64,000 nucleotides of DNA from Flavobacteriales bacterium (GCA_965183885.1 OZ238992.1:1211159-1275158); one strand, 5' to 3'. Positions 8,007 through 17,767 are shown, counted from the stretch's first letter. Numbers and translations are program-made. The notes: generated by a model from the letters alone, not told the origin.

Positions 8007-9236
8007 CTAAAACCTTGAATTTACAATGTTATTTCTCATAGAACCAAAGGTGTAGTTTACTCCGAAGTTAACATAGAAGTTATAATTAGAAGCTAGTTCT
8101 TTTTGTCTTAAGATAATATCTTCATAAGTAGCCCCCTCTATAGGTAAATGTATTTGGGCTCTATCAAAGTTAATATAACTCCATAAGTTCAAAGATAATC
8201 CTTTTGCAATTTTCCAGTCAATATCAGTGCTTATTCTAATATTATACTTTTTCATGTCTTCCTTATCAAGTATTTGAAAACCATCAATAGAAAGATCAAA
8301 ACTTCCCCAAGTTTGAGAGTTAGAGTAGTTTACTTCCACTAAATGAGAAGGATAAGCCTCTTTAGTTTTTAAGTAAATAGTAGAGTCAAGATATTTGCTG
8401 TAATTTGCAGTAACTCCATAAAGTACACTAAAGCGATGTTCTGATGATTCAGAGTATGGGTATAGGTTATACTCAATACATGGGGATAAAGAGTATTTAG
8501 CCTTTAAGTTTATTGATGATGATTGGCGGTAATTTGATTTGATTCCATAAGAAGCATGCTTGCTTTTACTTTTTACATAAGTGATTCCTGCATAAGTACT
8601 TTCCTTTTTTGTCTTCAGGTAAAAGTCATCATAGTCAAAAGTAGAAGTGTTACTATTATAATTTAAATAAGAAGTAAATTTTGAAGCTTCAGTAATTCTA
8701 TTGCCTGATAAATTGAGGTTATAGCTTGAATATAGATAGCCTTCTTCTCCATTAGCCCAACCACTTGCCCCAATCTTAAAAACCCAGTTATTCCACTTGT
8801 CAATAGAATCAGATTTTTGTTCTACAGCAGTGCTCTTGGAATAAGTAAGTTTTAGGTGTTTATTGTTTTCAGTCTTAATCATGTAGGCATAGATTCCTTT
8901 TTTTAGAATATCAACATACTGTCTTCTTTTATCATCACTAGAAGTATTTGGGTTAATACTTAAGGAAAGAGTATTATTAACTCCTTCAAAAATATCTACT
9001 CCGATAAATCTGAAGTTTACAATTTCCCCACCATTACTGCTGCTTTCAGATTTTATGATTACATGCAGGTTTGCCGATTTTGAATCTCGGTAAAAATCAA
9101 TTTGAGGAATTTCTTTTTTAATAAAATCTTGGTCACAGCTCCAATTACAATCTAGAAAAAGTTTAAGTTTTTCAGTTTCAATATTCTGAGAAGAAGCAAA
9201 TAAAGGCAAACAAAGCAGGAGTAATATTTTATTCAT
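8007..9236 (-). CDS. predicted outer-membrane beta-barrel protein, unknown function
   Basis: The signal peptide MNKILLLLCLPLFASSQ supports the start chosen at Met7 of the tracked ORF 8007..9254. The body is Ser/Tyr/Asn-rich with alternating beta-strand-like pattern, and the C-terminal residue is aromatic (..NSRF). Confidence 0.5.
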   Translation of the reverse strand: MNKILLLLCLPLFASSQNIETEKLKLFLDCNWSCDQDFIKKEIPQIDFYRDSKSANLHVIIKSESSSNGGEIVNFRFIGVDIFEGVNNTLSLSINPNTSSDDKRRQYVDILKKGIYAYMIKTENNKHLKLTYSKSTAVEQKSDSIDKWNNWVFKIGASGWANGEEGYLYSSYNLNLSGNRITEASKFTSYLNYNSNTSTFDYDDFYLKTKKESTYAGITYVKSKSKHASYGIKSNYRQSSSINLKAKYSLSPCIEYNLYPYSESSEHRFSVLYGVTANYSKYLDSTIYLKTKEAYPSHLVEVNYSNSQTWGSFDLSIDGFQILDKEDMKKYNIRISTDIDWKIAKGLSLNLWSYINFDRAQIHLPIEGATYEDIILRQKELASNYNFYVNFGVNYTFGSMRNNIVNSRF

Positions 9237-9275
9237 GGTAATATTGTTTTGCAATTTAACGAGAAAAGAACTTGT

Positions 9276-10121
9276 TTATTTCTTTTTAAAGTGCTCCTTT
9301 ATCAAGTTGTCAATAGGAGATTGAATAATTTCATGTACAATAAGTCCTTCTTTTTTTGCAATAGCATAGATGTAATCGGAGAGGTAATAAGCAACTGAAC
9401 CAACAAATGTTAGAGGGTATTTCTTATAATCAGTAAAACACTTAATATGTAAATCAAAGAAGTGTTGTATCCCATCATTAAAAACAGTATTGAAGAAAGG
9501 TTCAGATTTATGTTCATGCATAAACCTAAAAAAAGAAGCTAAATATAGGTTTGGTCTTTGCAGGTTGTAAATGTTTTCAATAATATCATCTTTCCTTTCG
9601 GTAGTCCAAAGTTCAAAGGCTGTGGTGATATGCTTTGGTAGTGTATTGTTTACATAACTATTAATTAATTGCTTTCCAAAATAGTTTCCACTTCCTTCAT
9701 CTCCTAATATAAACCCTAAAGATGGAGCGTTTTCAAAAATAGTATCCCCATCATACAAACAGGAGTTTGACCCTGTTCCAAGTATGGAGCAAATAATTGG
9801 CTCTCCTGTGTAGCTTGCTTTTACTGCTGCTTCTAAGTCATGTCTGATATTTATTTTGGCATTACTAAAGAAATCGGCAAAAGGTTTTTCTAATATGCTA
9901 TTTCTTTTCTCTGATGAGCAGCCAGCACCATAAAAATAGATTTGTGTTACTGTATTTTTTAGCGTTGCTAATGTGCTGTTGTTTAATGCTTGGGTTATAT
10001 CTGTATATGACGAGTACTTTGGATTAAAGCCAATAGTAGTGTGCAAACTAATAAGCTCTCCAGTATTTGAGCATGCTGCCCAGCTACATTTTGTTGATCC
10101 GCTATCTGCAATTAGTATCAT
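9276..10121 (-). CDS. N-acetylglucosamine kinase-like ATPase (BadF/BadG/BcrA/BcrD family)
   Basis: N-terminal MILIADSGSTKCSWA phosphate-1 motif, plus ILGTGSNS and GDEGSG motifs typical of the family. Confidence 0.7.
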   Translation of the reverse strand: MILIADSGSTKCSWAACSNTGELISLHTTIGFNPKYSSYTDITQALNNSTLATLKNTVTQIYFYGAGCSSEKRNSILEKPFADFFSNAKINIRHDLEAAVKASYTGEPIICSILGTGSNSCLYDGDTIFENAPSLGFILGDEGSGNYFGKQLINSYVNNTLPKHITTAFELWTTERKDDIIENIYNLQRPNLYLASFFRFMHEHKSEPFFNTVFNDGIQHFFDLHIKCFTDYKKYPLTFVGSVAYYLSDYIYAIAKKEGLIVHEIIQSPIDNLIKEHFKKK

Positions 10122-10213
10122 AATTAAAAAATAAAGACAAATGTAAATGAAAATTGGGCTTTGTGCGTTTAATTTAGAGGTAATCCTTATTTTAGCCTTA
10201 AATTATAATTGAT

Positions 10214-10927
10214 ATGAAATTTATTTTTTCTGTTTTAATTGCTTGTACTACTTTCTCTTTACAAGCACAGATAGACTTGCTTAAGTCAGCAAGTGTACAA
10301 GCTAAGGAACTCTTAAAGCCGTCGGCATTAAGTGCTGATGAAGTTGGAAAAGGACTAAAGGAAGCTTTAGTGGTAGGAGCAGAAAAATCAGTAAATAAAG
10401 CTGGAGTAGCTAATGGGTTTTATGGAGATAAATTGATACGCATTCCTTTTCCTGAGCAGGCAACTAAGATGAAAACTACTTTGGAAAAAGCAGGAATGAA
10501 ACAACAAGTTGCTTCTTTTGAGAAAACTTTAAATAGTGCAGCAGAATTAGCAGCAAAGGAAGTGTTTTCTATTTTTTCTGATGCAATATTAGCAATGACT
10601 ATAGAAGATGCACTTGGTATACTTAAAGGAAATGATAATGCAGCAACAGTATATCTGGATAAAAAAACTAATGCTAAGCTATACCTTAAAATTAAACCAA
10701 TTGTTACTAAGGCTATAGCTCAAGTTGAGCTTACAAAATATTGGAATCCTTTAGCAAAAAGCTATAATGCAATTCCTTTTACAAAGGAAGTAAACCCTGA
10801 TTTACACGATTATGTAACTAAGAAAACAATTAAGGGACTTTTTACACTTATTGCTCTTGAAGAAAAAGAGATAAGAAATAACCCAGCAGCAAGGGTGTCA
10901 GAATTATTACAAAAAGTATTTAAATAA
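10214..10927 (+). CDS. secreted DUF4197-like protein
   Basis: Signal peptide followed by GLKEALVVGAEKSVNKAG..NGF, which resembles DUF4197. Family recall only. Confidence 0.55.
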   Translation: MKFIFSVLIACTTFSLQAQIDLLKSASVQAKELLKPSALSADEVGKGLKEALVVGAEKSVNKAGVANGFYGDKLIRIPFPEQATKMKTTLEKAGMKQQVASFEKTLNSAAELAAKEVFSIFSDAILAMTIEDALGILKGNDNAATVYLDKKTNAKLYLKIKPIVTKAIAQVELTKYWNPLAKSYNAIPFTKEVNPDLHDYVTKKTIKGLFTLIALEEKEIRNNPAARVSELLQKVFK

Positions 10928-10933
10928 GAAAAT

Positions 10934-11224
10934 ATGGAAAAGAACGATCAATTATTTATGCAGTTAATTTATATGTTTCATACCTCAGCAATGCAAGGTT
11001 TAGGTAAAATTGCAGATCCTACTGGGCAGTTAAACAGGAATTTGGAGTATGCAAGCCAAACTATTGATATTATGGAAATGCTAAAGGAAAAAACTAAAGG
11101 CAATGTTTCGGAGGAGATGTTAAAGGTTTTAGACGGTATGCTTTCAGAGTTAAAATTAAATTATGTAGATGAGAAAGCAAAGCCAGAGGTAAAACAAGAA
11201 GATAAAACAGAAGATGCTAAATAG
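10934..11224 (+). CDS. DUF1844-like small protein
   Basis: 96 aa. The N-terminal LFMQLIYMFHTSAMQGLGKI resembles DUF1844. Family recall only. Confidence 0.5.
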   Translation: MEKNDQLFMQLIYMFHTSAMQGLGKIADPTGQLNRNLEYASQTIDIMEMLKEKTKGNVSEEMLKVLDGMLSELKLNYVDEKAKPEVKQEDKTEDAK

Positions 11225-12119
11225 GTTAAAAGAATTCTGGGCTGACCCAGGAGGTAGGAAGATAATCATTCTTTTCTTGGGTATAATATTAGTGCTTATT
11301 GCTTCATTATTTTTTCAACAAGATAAGATGGAGCAAGAGATGCGAATGAATATGCAATTTATTGAGGAGAAGAATATGTTGCGTGATGACTTGGATGATT
11401 TAATTGATGAACATGACGGACTGCTCGATGAATATGGGGATTTGAATGGGCAGCTTCATGAAAAAGATTCTTTAATTCAACAGCAAATAGCAGAAATCAG
11501 AAATCTTATTCGTACAAAAAGTGACCTTAAAGAAGCTAAGCGAAAAATAAAGGCACTTCAAGAAATATCAAAAAAATATATTGCAAATATTGATTCTTTA
11601 CTTGTAGTAAATCAGCACCTTACTATTGAAAAAGATAGTGTAGTGAAAGTAAATAAAGATATTAATTGGAGAAATTACAAACTGAATAAGAAGAATAAGC
11701 AATTAGCAGCAAAGGTGAATAAAGGTTCGGTGCTAGAAATTTTAGATATTGGGCTAGAGACCCTAAGATTTAGGGGGACAGGAAAAGAAGTTGCAACACG
11801 ATATGCTAAAAAAGTACAGAAAGTTAGGTTGTGTTTTGTATTAGGAGCAAATCAAATTGCTGAGGCAGAGCAAAAAGCAGTATTCTTTCAGTTAATTGAT
11901 GCTAGTGGTGTAATAATTGAAGCAAATGAAGAACAGGAAACTTTAGTTGGGGATTCATTAGTGCAATATACTGGAGCATCAAATTTTAAGTATGAAAATA
12001 TTGAAATGGATTATTGTTTTGAGTGGGAACGTACTCAACCTCTAACCTCAGGTGCATATACAGTAAACTTGATTATTGAAGATAGAATTGCAGCACAAAC
12101 TACTTTAAAACTAAGATAG
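11214..12119 (+). CDS. membrane-anchored coiled-coil protein, unknown function
   Basis: 301 aa with an N-terminal TM segment (IIILFLGIILVLIASLFF), a long acidic/heptad region and a C-terminal beta-rich domain. Confidence 0.4.
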   Translation: MLNRLKEFWADPGGRKIIILFLGIILVLIASLFFQQDKMEQEMRMNMQFIEEKNMLRDDLDDLIDEHDGLLDEYGDLNGQLHEKDSLIQQQIAEIRNLIRTKSDLKEAKRKIKALQEISKKYIANIDSLLVVNQHLTIEKDSVVKVNKDINWRNYKLNKKNKQLAAKVNKGSVLEILDIGLETLRFRGTGKEVATRYAKKVQKVRLCFVLGANQIAEAEQKAVFFQLIDASGVIIEANEEQETLVGDSLVQYTGASNFKYENIEMDYCFEWERTQPLTSGAYTVNLIIEDRIAAQTTLKLR

Positions 12120-12884
12120 ATGGCAAAAATAATTACCTATAATATAAATGGAATTCGCGCAGCATTAAAAAAAGATTTAGATCAATGGTTGTTAGCTGCA
12201 AATGCCGATATTGTTTGTTTGCAAGAAATTAAAGCAAAGCCTGAGCAGTTTGATGAGGAAGCATTTAATAAATTGGGTTATGAATGTTTTATAAATTCAG
12301 CAGAAAAGCCTGGGTATAGTGGAGTAGCAATCTTGTCAAAAATAAAACCAACACATATTGAGTATGGTTGTGGTATTGAAAAAATTGATTTTGAGGGGAG
12401 GGTAATTCGTGCTGATTTTGATGATTATTCTGTGATGAGTGTTTATTTTCCTTCAGGAAGTAATCCTGCAAGGCAGGCTTTTAAAATGGAATTTTTGTCT
12501 TTGTTTTACGATTATATTGCTGAGCTAAAAAAGACAATTCCTAATTTAGTTATTTCTGGAGATTATAATATTTGCCATACAGCAATAGATATACATAACC
12601 CTAAGGTAAATAAAAATTCATCAGGTTTTTTACCAGAAGAAAGAGAGTGGGTAAGTCAGTTTATTGCTAGTGGATTTATTGATTCTTTTAGGCATTTAAA
12701 TAAAGACCCTCATAATTACAGTTGGTGGAGTTATAGAGCAAATGCAAGAGCAAAAAACTTAGGTTGGCGTATTGATTATAATATGATAACAGCGTCATTA
12801 TTGCCAAAATTAAAACGTTCTCAAATTTTAGCAGCAGCAAAGCATTCGGACCATTGCCCTGTTCTTGTAGAACTTGCAGATTAG
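12120..12884 (+). CDS. xth: exodeoxyribonuclease III
   Basis: 254 aa. Motifs MAKIITYNINGIRA, CLQEIK, SGDYNICH and the terminal SDHCPV are canonical for ExoIII/AP endonuclease. Confidence 0.9.
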   Translation: MAKIITYNINGIRAALKKDLDQWLLAANADIVCLQEIKAKPEQFDEEAFNKLGYECFINSAEKPGYSGVAILSKIKPTHIEYGCGIEKIDFEGRVIRADFDDYSVMSVYFPSGSNPARQAFKMEFLSLFYDYIAELKKTIPNLVISGDYNICHTAIDIHNPKVNKNSSGFLPEEREWVSQFIASGFIDSFRHLNKDPHNYSWWSYRANARAKNLGWRIDYNMITASLLPKLKRSQILAAAKHSDHCPVLVELAD

Positions 12885-12918
12885 TTTATTATATTTGCCA
12901 ACTTCAAAATTTAATAAA

Positions 12919-13695
12919 ATGGGAACATTACAAACAGCAGAAAGAAGTTCACACCTTGATCCATCAGAAAATGTAGTATATCAGAGGCACTTAATTGCTT
13001 ATAAAGAGGCAGCAAAGCTTGTTAGCGGAACTGTACTTGAAGTTGGTAGTGGAGAGGGATATGGTATTATGGAATTAGCTCCAAAGGTAGAGAAGTATAT
13101 TGCTGTAGATAAATATAATACAGCAATAAGTGATGAGTTAAAAGCAGATAATGATATTACTTTTATTCAGACAGAGGTTCCGCCATTAAAAGGTATTGAA
13201 GATAATAGTGTTGATTTTGTTGTTACTTTTCAAGTAATTGAACACATTCAAGATGATAAAAAATTTTTAGCTGAAATTTATAGAGTTTTAAAGCCTGGAG
13301 GTAAAATGATATTAACGACTCCAAATATATTGATGTCATTAACAAGAAACCCTTGGCATATTAGAGAATATACTCCTGCTCAGATGGAAGCAGTGCTTAA
13401 AACATCATTTACTAACTTTGAATTAAAAGGTGTATTTGGGAATGATAAGGTAATGGATTATTACAATAAGAATAAAGAGTCAGTAAGAAAGATTACACGT
13501 TTTGACATCCTGAATATGCAGTACTGGTTGCCAAGATGGATGCTGCAAATACCTTATGATATTTTAAATAGATTTAATCGTAGAAAATTGCAAGGAGATA
13601 ATAAGGGAATAGTAAATACAGTGGTATATACAGACTATAGTATAGGTGCTGCTAACGATTTAGGTCTTGATCACTTTTGTATTGCTACCAAGTAG
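12919..13695 (+). CDS. class I SAM-dependent methyltransferase
   Basis: VLEVGSGEGYG is a SAM-binding motif I, and VLKPGGKMILTTPN is also present. The start was moved to Met16 (ATG 12919) of tracked ORF 12874..13695 to avoid overlap with xth. Confidence 0.75.
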   Translation: MGTLQTAERSSHLDPSENVVYQRHLIAYKEAAKLVSGTVLEVGSGEGYGIMELAPKVEKYIAVDKYNTAISDELKADNDITFIQTEVPPLKGIEDNSVDFVVTFQVIEHIQDDKKFLAEIYRVLKPGGKMILTTPNILMSLTRNPWHIREYTPAQMEAVLKTSFTNFELKGVFGNDKVMDYYNKNKESVRKITRFDILNMQYWLPRWMLQIPYDILNRFNRRKLQGDNKGIVNTVVYTDYSIGAANDLGLDHFCIATK

Positions 13696-14296
13696 TAGAA
13701 AAGGAGTAGCCTTCTTTTTTTAATTCCTGAATTGTTTCAGCAAGTATAGGTTTAAGGTTTTTAAAACTCTTCTTGTTATTATGTAGTACAATAATAGAGC
13801 CATTCTTACTATTGGAAAGAATGTTATTTCGTACTCTATTAGGGGTTATATTCTGTTTGAAATCCCAGCTTAAAACATCCCATAAAATAAGCTTATAAGT
13901 TTCTTTTAGAGCTGCTATTTGCGCTAAGGTGATTTTTCCATAAGGTGGACGAAACAAATTATTTTTAGGGATTAACTCCTGGCATCTTTCAATATCTGCT
14001 AAGTAATCATCCTTTGAGGTAAGCCAGCCATTTTTATGTGTATATGAGTGGTTGGCAATTATATGACCATCATTTATAATTGATTTAACTAAATCAGGGA
14101 AAGCTTCAATTTGTTCACCAACTAAAAAGAAAGTAGCGTGAATATTTTCTTTTTTAAGAATCTTTAATATCCAAGGTGTAATTTCTGGGGTTGGCCCATC
14201 ATCAAAGGTGAGCCATATCTCCTTTTTGTTTGTATCTTTCCTCCAAACCAATGAAGGAAAGATACAATGTAGCATTTGAGGTGTTCTTACAAGCAC
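13685..14296 (-). CDS. polysaccharide deacetylase family protein (NodB-like)
   Basis: LTFDDGP, HATFFLVG and IANHSYTH are NodB homology motifs. Confidence 0.8.
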   Translation of the reverse strand: MLVRTPQMLHCIFPSLVWRKDTNKKEIWLTFDDGPTPEITPWILKILKKENIHATFFLVGEQIEAFPDLVKSIINDGHIIANHSYTHKNGWLTSKDDYLADIERCQELIPKNNLFRPPYGKITLAQIAALKETYKLILWDVLSWDFKQNITPNRVRNNILSNSKNGSIIVLHNNKKSFKNLKPILAETIQELKKEGYSFSTTW

Positions 14297-14300
14297 TTAT

Positions 14301-17300
14301 TTACTGTAATGCAATAAGTTCATCCATATAGGTATTGATTATATAAGTAGTAAAATCAATTTCCTTTTTGTTATTATTTATCGTTTTCCAGTATACTCCT
14401 TCTTCTTCACTATAAGTAGCGCTTACATCTTCTAATTGGTATACTTGAACTAATCGGGATAAGTTACCTAATATTTGTCCGCAGATCTCAAGGTTTCGTT
14501 TAACTCCACTTCCTCTATCAAATGCTCTTAGGTATTTTAATTCAGTTAAGTGGTCATCAATCATTATAGCAAGTAATTGTTTTGCTTTTTCTTTTTCACC
14601 TAGTTTAAAATAAGTGTCAATAATAGGTATGAAGAAATAACTGAAAGTAACAACCTCTCTTGGGAACTCAGCAACACATTTGTCTAGTGTTTTAATTGCT
14701 TTTGCATTTTCTCCTTTACTCATTAAGGCTTGAGCTAAACGAGCATAACTACTTCTGAAGTTCATTACCATTCTAGTATTAGTTTCATCAAAGTAGAGGT
14801 CAGGGTTATTAAATCCTCCCCATTCAAATTCATTAACTAATTTTTCATACATTTTTTCAGATTGTACTACTCCTGTTTGTCCGTCAGTTGATTTAGCAAT
14901 GTAAGGAACAAATCGGTAAGTTAATCCTTCTAATTGGAAATATTTTTCTAATCCCATAAAGTTATCTTTACCTACTGTAGAAGCAAAATAAATAGGGCGG
15001 TCCCAGTTAAAGTTAGCAAGGATATCTAATACCATTAGTTTGTTCTTATAGAATCCATTTCCAGTTAATTTCCATTTTACTTCATCAACAATTTTATCAT
15101 GATGTTCTAGAGGGACAAAAGATTTTACTTTTTCTTTATCAACTTTAAGTTTTAATTTTTTAGTTGGGCAGTAGTTAGTTAATCCTCTTGAAGTATTTGC
15201 TTTTGCTTTAGGACTATTGCTATTAATAAATTTTACAATATCTTGTACATCAACATAATCTTTAAACCTTTCATTTATGGCAATGTAATCTCTTGTTCCT
15301 GTACGGTAATCATTATGTTCAAGTGATGAAGGGATTGGAGGAGCATCATAAGATGCTCTTTTCATTTGGTCAATATACCAACCTGTATTAAATAAAGAAA
15401 GGTTTACTACTTTAATGTCTGTTCTGATACCTTCAACCTCTTGGGCATACCATAAAGGGAAAGTGTCATTATCTCCATTGGTGAAAAGTATAGCATTTTT
15501 ATCACAGGAATTTAAATAGTTTTTTGCAACCTCTAGGGCAGTAAAACGCCCACTTCTATCATGGTCATCCCAGTTCTCAGAAGCCATAAGTGCAGGAGCC
15601 ATTAATAGTGCAATTACAGTTGCGATACCTGCGCTTGCTGTTGATCCCATTTTTTTACTTAAGAAATCATAAATTCCAAGAACCCCTAGTCCAATCCAAA
15701 TTGCAAATGCATAAAACGATCCTACATAAGCATAATCACGTTCTCTTGGTTGAAAAGGAACTACATTAAGGTAGATAATAATTAATACTCCAGTGAAAAG
15801 GAAGAATAGTAGCACAACTAAAGCATCCTGATTGTTTTGTTTGAAGTGGAATAGCATTCCAATTAACCCAAGTAGTAAAGGGAGGAAGTAATAATGATTT
15901 TTCCCTTTGTTTTTTCCTAAATAATCAGGGACATCTACTTCGGAAGTATTTGGAGTTCCTAAACGAGCATTGTCAATAAATGAAATACCGCTTTCCCAAT
16001 TTCCATTTAAAGCATTTCCATCCATATTCATATTGTCATTCTGCCTTCCTGCAAAGTTCCACATAAAATAACGAATGTAGGACCAGCCAATTTGATATTT
16101 GAAGAAATAGCTTAAGTTTTGTCCAAAGGTTGGTGTTTTGTCTGTGTTTTTAAGTCCTGCCCAAATTTTATATCCTTGCGGATGCCTTTTTTGTGTACTA
16201 CTCCACATCCTAGGAAAAATAGTTTTGCCTTTTTTACTATAGTTAGGAATAGAGTTTTTCCTTTTATCAATAATTATATATTTTCCTTTCTTTTCATCTT
16301 TAGCATAAACAGGATTTCCGTCTAAGAAAGGTTTCTTGCTGTCTAGTTTTGCATTAAAATATTGTCCATGAACAATAGGCCAGCTTCCGTATTGTTCTCT
16401 TTTTAGATAAGAAAGAAGTCCTACTGCATCCTCAGGATTGTTCTCGTCAATAGGAGGGTTTGCATTAGATCTTACAACTAGTATTGCAAATGAAGAATAT
16501 CCAATAAGTAGCATCATTACTCCTAATATAGCAGTGTTCCATACAGCCTTATTATGCTTTTTAGTGTAGGATAGTCCAAATGAAATAGCAGCAATAATTG
16601 TAAGGAAATAAATAATTGTTCCAGCATTAAAAGGTAGCCCTACCGTATTTACAAAGAATAGCTCAAAAGTTGAAATTAAACTTACAGCTCCAGGTATAAT
16701 AACACCTTGTACAACTCCTAAAATAATCATAGAGGCAATAAATGCTTTTATTGCACCTATTTTTGTATAGTCATATTTTTTGTAATAATAAATCATTCCC
16801 ATTGCAGGAATAGTAAGTAAACTTAGTAAGTGAACCCCAACAGATAGTCCAATTAAATAAGCAATAAATACTAACCATCTACTTGCATGAGGTTGGTCAG
16901 CCTCTTGTTCCCACTTCATAATACACCAAAAAGTTAGTGCTGTAAAAAAGGAAGACATAGCATATACCTCACCTTCTACTGCTGAGAACCAAAAAGAATC
17001 AGAAAAAGTATAAGCTAAAGCACCAACAATTCCACTTCCTAATACAGCGTAAATACGTCCAGTTTCATAATTTTCATCTTTAAAAAATAATTTTCTACCA
17101 AAGGCTGTAATAGTCCAGAATAAAAATAGAATAGTAAAAGCCGAAGATAAAGCAGATAAAATATTAATAGCTACAGCTACTTCACTTGTTCCTTGGGTAG
17201 CAAAAAGTGTAAATATTCTTCCGAACAATTGAAATAATGGAGCTCCTGGAGGGTGCCCAACTTCTAGCTTGTAAGCGGTTGCAATATATTCTCCGCAATC

Positions 17301-17402
17301 CCAGAAACTAACAGTCTGTTCAATAGTAGATAGGTATACAAATGAGGCTATTAAGAATACGCTCCATCCAATAATATTATTTAATTTTTTAAATTGATTC
17401 AT
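14301..17402 (-). CDS. DUF2723-type polytopic membrane protein (GT-C-fold glycosyltransferase-like)
   Basis: 1033 aa with many TM segments. The N-terminal FWDCGEYIATAYKLEVGHPPGAPLF is the signature I associate with DUF2723. The C-terminal part is soluble and TPR-like. Confidence 0.7.
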   Translation of the reverse strand: MNQFKKLNNIIGWSVFLIASFVYLSTIEQTVSFWDCGEYIATAYKLEVGHPPGAPLFQLFGRIFTLFATQGTSEVAVAINILSALSSAFTILFLFWTITAFGRKLFFKDENYETGRIYAVLGSGIVGALAYTFSDSFWFSAVEGEVYAMSSFFTALTFWCIMKWEQEADQPHASRWLVFIAYLIGLSVGVHLLSLLTIPAMGMIYYYKKYDYTKIGAIKAFIASMIILGVVQGVIIPGAVSLISTFELFFVNTVGLPFNAGTIIYFLTIIAAISFGLSYTKKHNKAVWNTAILGVMMLLIGYSSFAILVVRSNANPPIDENNPEDAVGLLSYLKREQYGSWPIVHGQYFNAKLDSKKPFLDGNPVYAKDEKKGKYIIIDKRKNSIPNYSKKGKTIFPRMWSSTQKRHPQGYKIWAGLKNTDKTPTFGQNLSYFFKYQIGWSYIRYFMWNFAGRQNDNMNMDGNALNGNWESGISFIDNARLGTPNTSEVDVPDYLGKNKGKNHYYFLPLLLGLIGMLFHFKQNNQDALVVLLFFLFTGVLIIIYLNVVPFQPRERDYAYVGSFYAFAIWIGLGVLGIYDFLSKKMGSTASAGIATVIALLMAPALMASENWDDHDRSGRFTALEVAKNYLNSCDKNAILFTNGDNDTFPLWYAQEVEGIRTDIKVVNLSLFNTGWYIDQMKRASYDAPPIPSSLEHNDYRTGTRDYIAINERFKDYVDVQDIVKFINSNSPKAKANTSRGLTNYCPTKKLKLKVDKEKVKSFVPLEHHDKIVDEVKWKLTGNGFYKNKLMVLDILANFNWDRPIYFASTVGKDNFMGLEKYFQLEGLTYRFVPYIAKSTDGQTGVVQSEKMYEKLVNEFEWGGFNNPDLYFDETNTRMVMNFRSSYARLAQALMSKGENAKAIKTLDKCVAEFPREVVTFSYFFIPIIDTYFKLGEKEKAKQLLAIMIDDHLTELKYLRAFDRGSGVKRNLEICGQILGNLSRLVQVYQLEDVSATYSEEEGVYWKTINNNKKEIDFTTYIINTYMDELIALQ

Positions 17403-17519
17403 GCTGATTTTATGCTTTTTGTTAGGGTTGCGAATGTATGAAATTTATTAATTATTTTAGGTATTCATTTTATAATAACGAAAATGTGAGAAAATATTTT
17501 GTACTTATTACTTAATTGT

Positions 17520-17527
17520 TATTTTTG
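17520..17527 (+). promoter_or_regulatory. Bacteroidota -7 promoter element (TAnnTTTG) upstream of tRNA-Gln
   Basis: TATTTTTG at 17520..17527, with a TTG at 17499..17501 (18-nt spacer). The tRNA starts 19 nt downstream. Confidence 0.4.
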
Positions 17528-17545
17528 CCGACCATTTTATGAGAA

Positions 17546-17618
17546 TGCCCGATGGTGTAACTGGCAACACGTCTGTTTTTGGTACAGAAGAGTCTAGGTT
17601 CGAGCCCTAGTCGGGCAA
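17546..17618 (+). tRNA. tRNA-Gln (anticodon TTG)
   Basis: Hand-folded cloverleaf. Acceptor TGCCCGA/TCGGGCA, D stem GTGT/ACAC, anticodon stem TCTGT/ACAGA with loop TTTTGGT (anticodon TTG), T arm CTAGG-TTCGAGC-CCTAG, discriminator A. CCA is not encoded. Confidence 0.9.
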
Positions 17619-17632
17619 CATAATTAATCAAA

Positions 17633-17666
17633 ACACTGTAATATAACTTATTACGGTGTTTTTTTT
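17633..17666 (+). terminator. intrinsic terminator after tRNA-Gln
   Basis: 10-bp stem ACACTGTAAT/ATTACGGTGT (one G-U pair), 7-nt loop, followed by 7 T. Confidence 0.7.
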
Positions 17667-17675
17667 ACGATAGTA

Positions 17676-17706
17676 TTGCATGGGTTGCAAAATAATTGTA
17701 TGTTTG
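17676..17706 (+). promoter_or_regulatory. candidate Bacteroidota sigma-A promoter for rimP-nusA-infB
   Basis: TTG at 17676..17678, a 20-nt spacer, then TATGTTTG (TAnnTTTG) at 17699..17706. Confidence 0.45.
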
Positions 17707-17731
17707 CATCCGAAAATAGGAAAGGGAAGAT

Positions 17732-17758
17732 GAAGAGGCAATAGCCTCTTCTTTTTTT
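17732..17758 (+). promoter_or_regulatory. terminator-like attenuator hairpin in the rimP leader
   Basis: Perfect 8-bp stem GAAGAGGC/GCCTCTTC with loop AATA, then 7 T. It ends 10 nt before the rimP ATG (17768). Confidence 0.55.
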
Positions 17759-17767
17759 ACATAGCAT

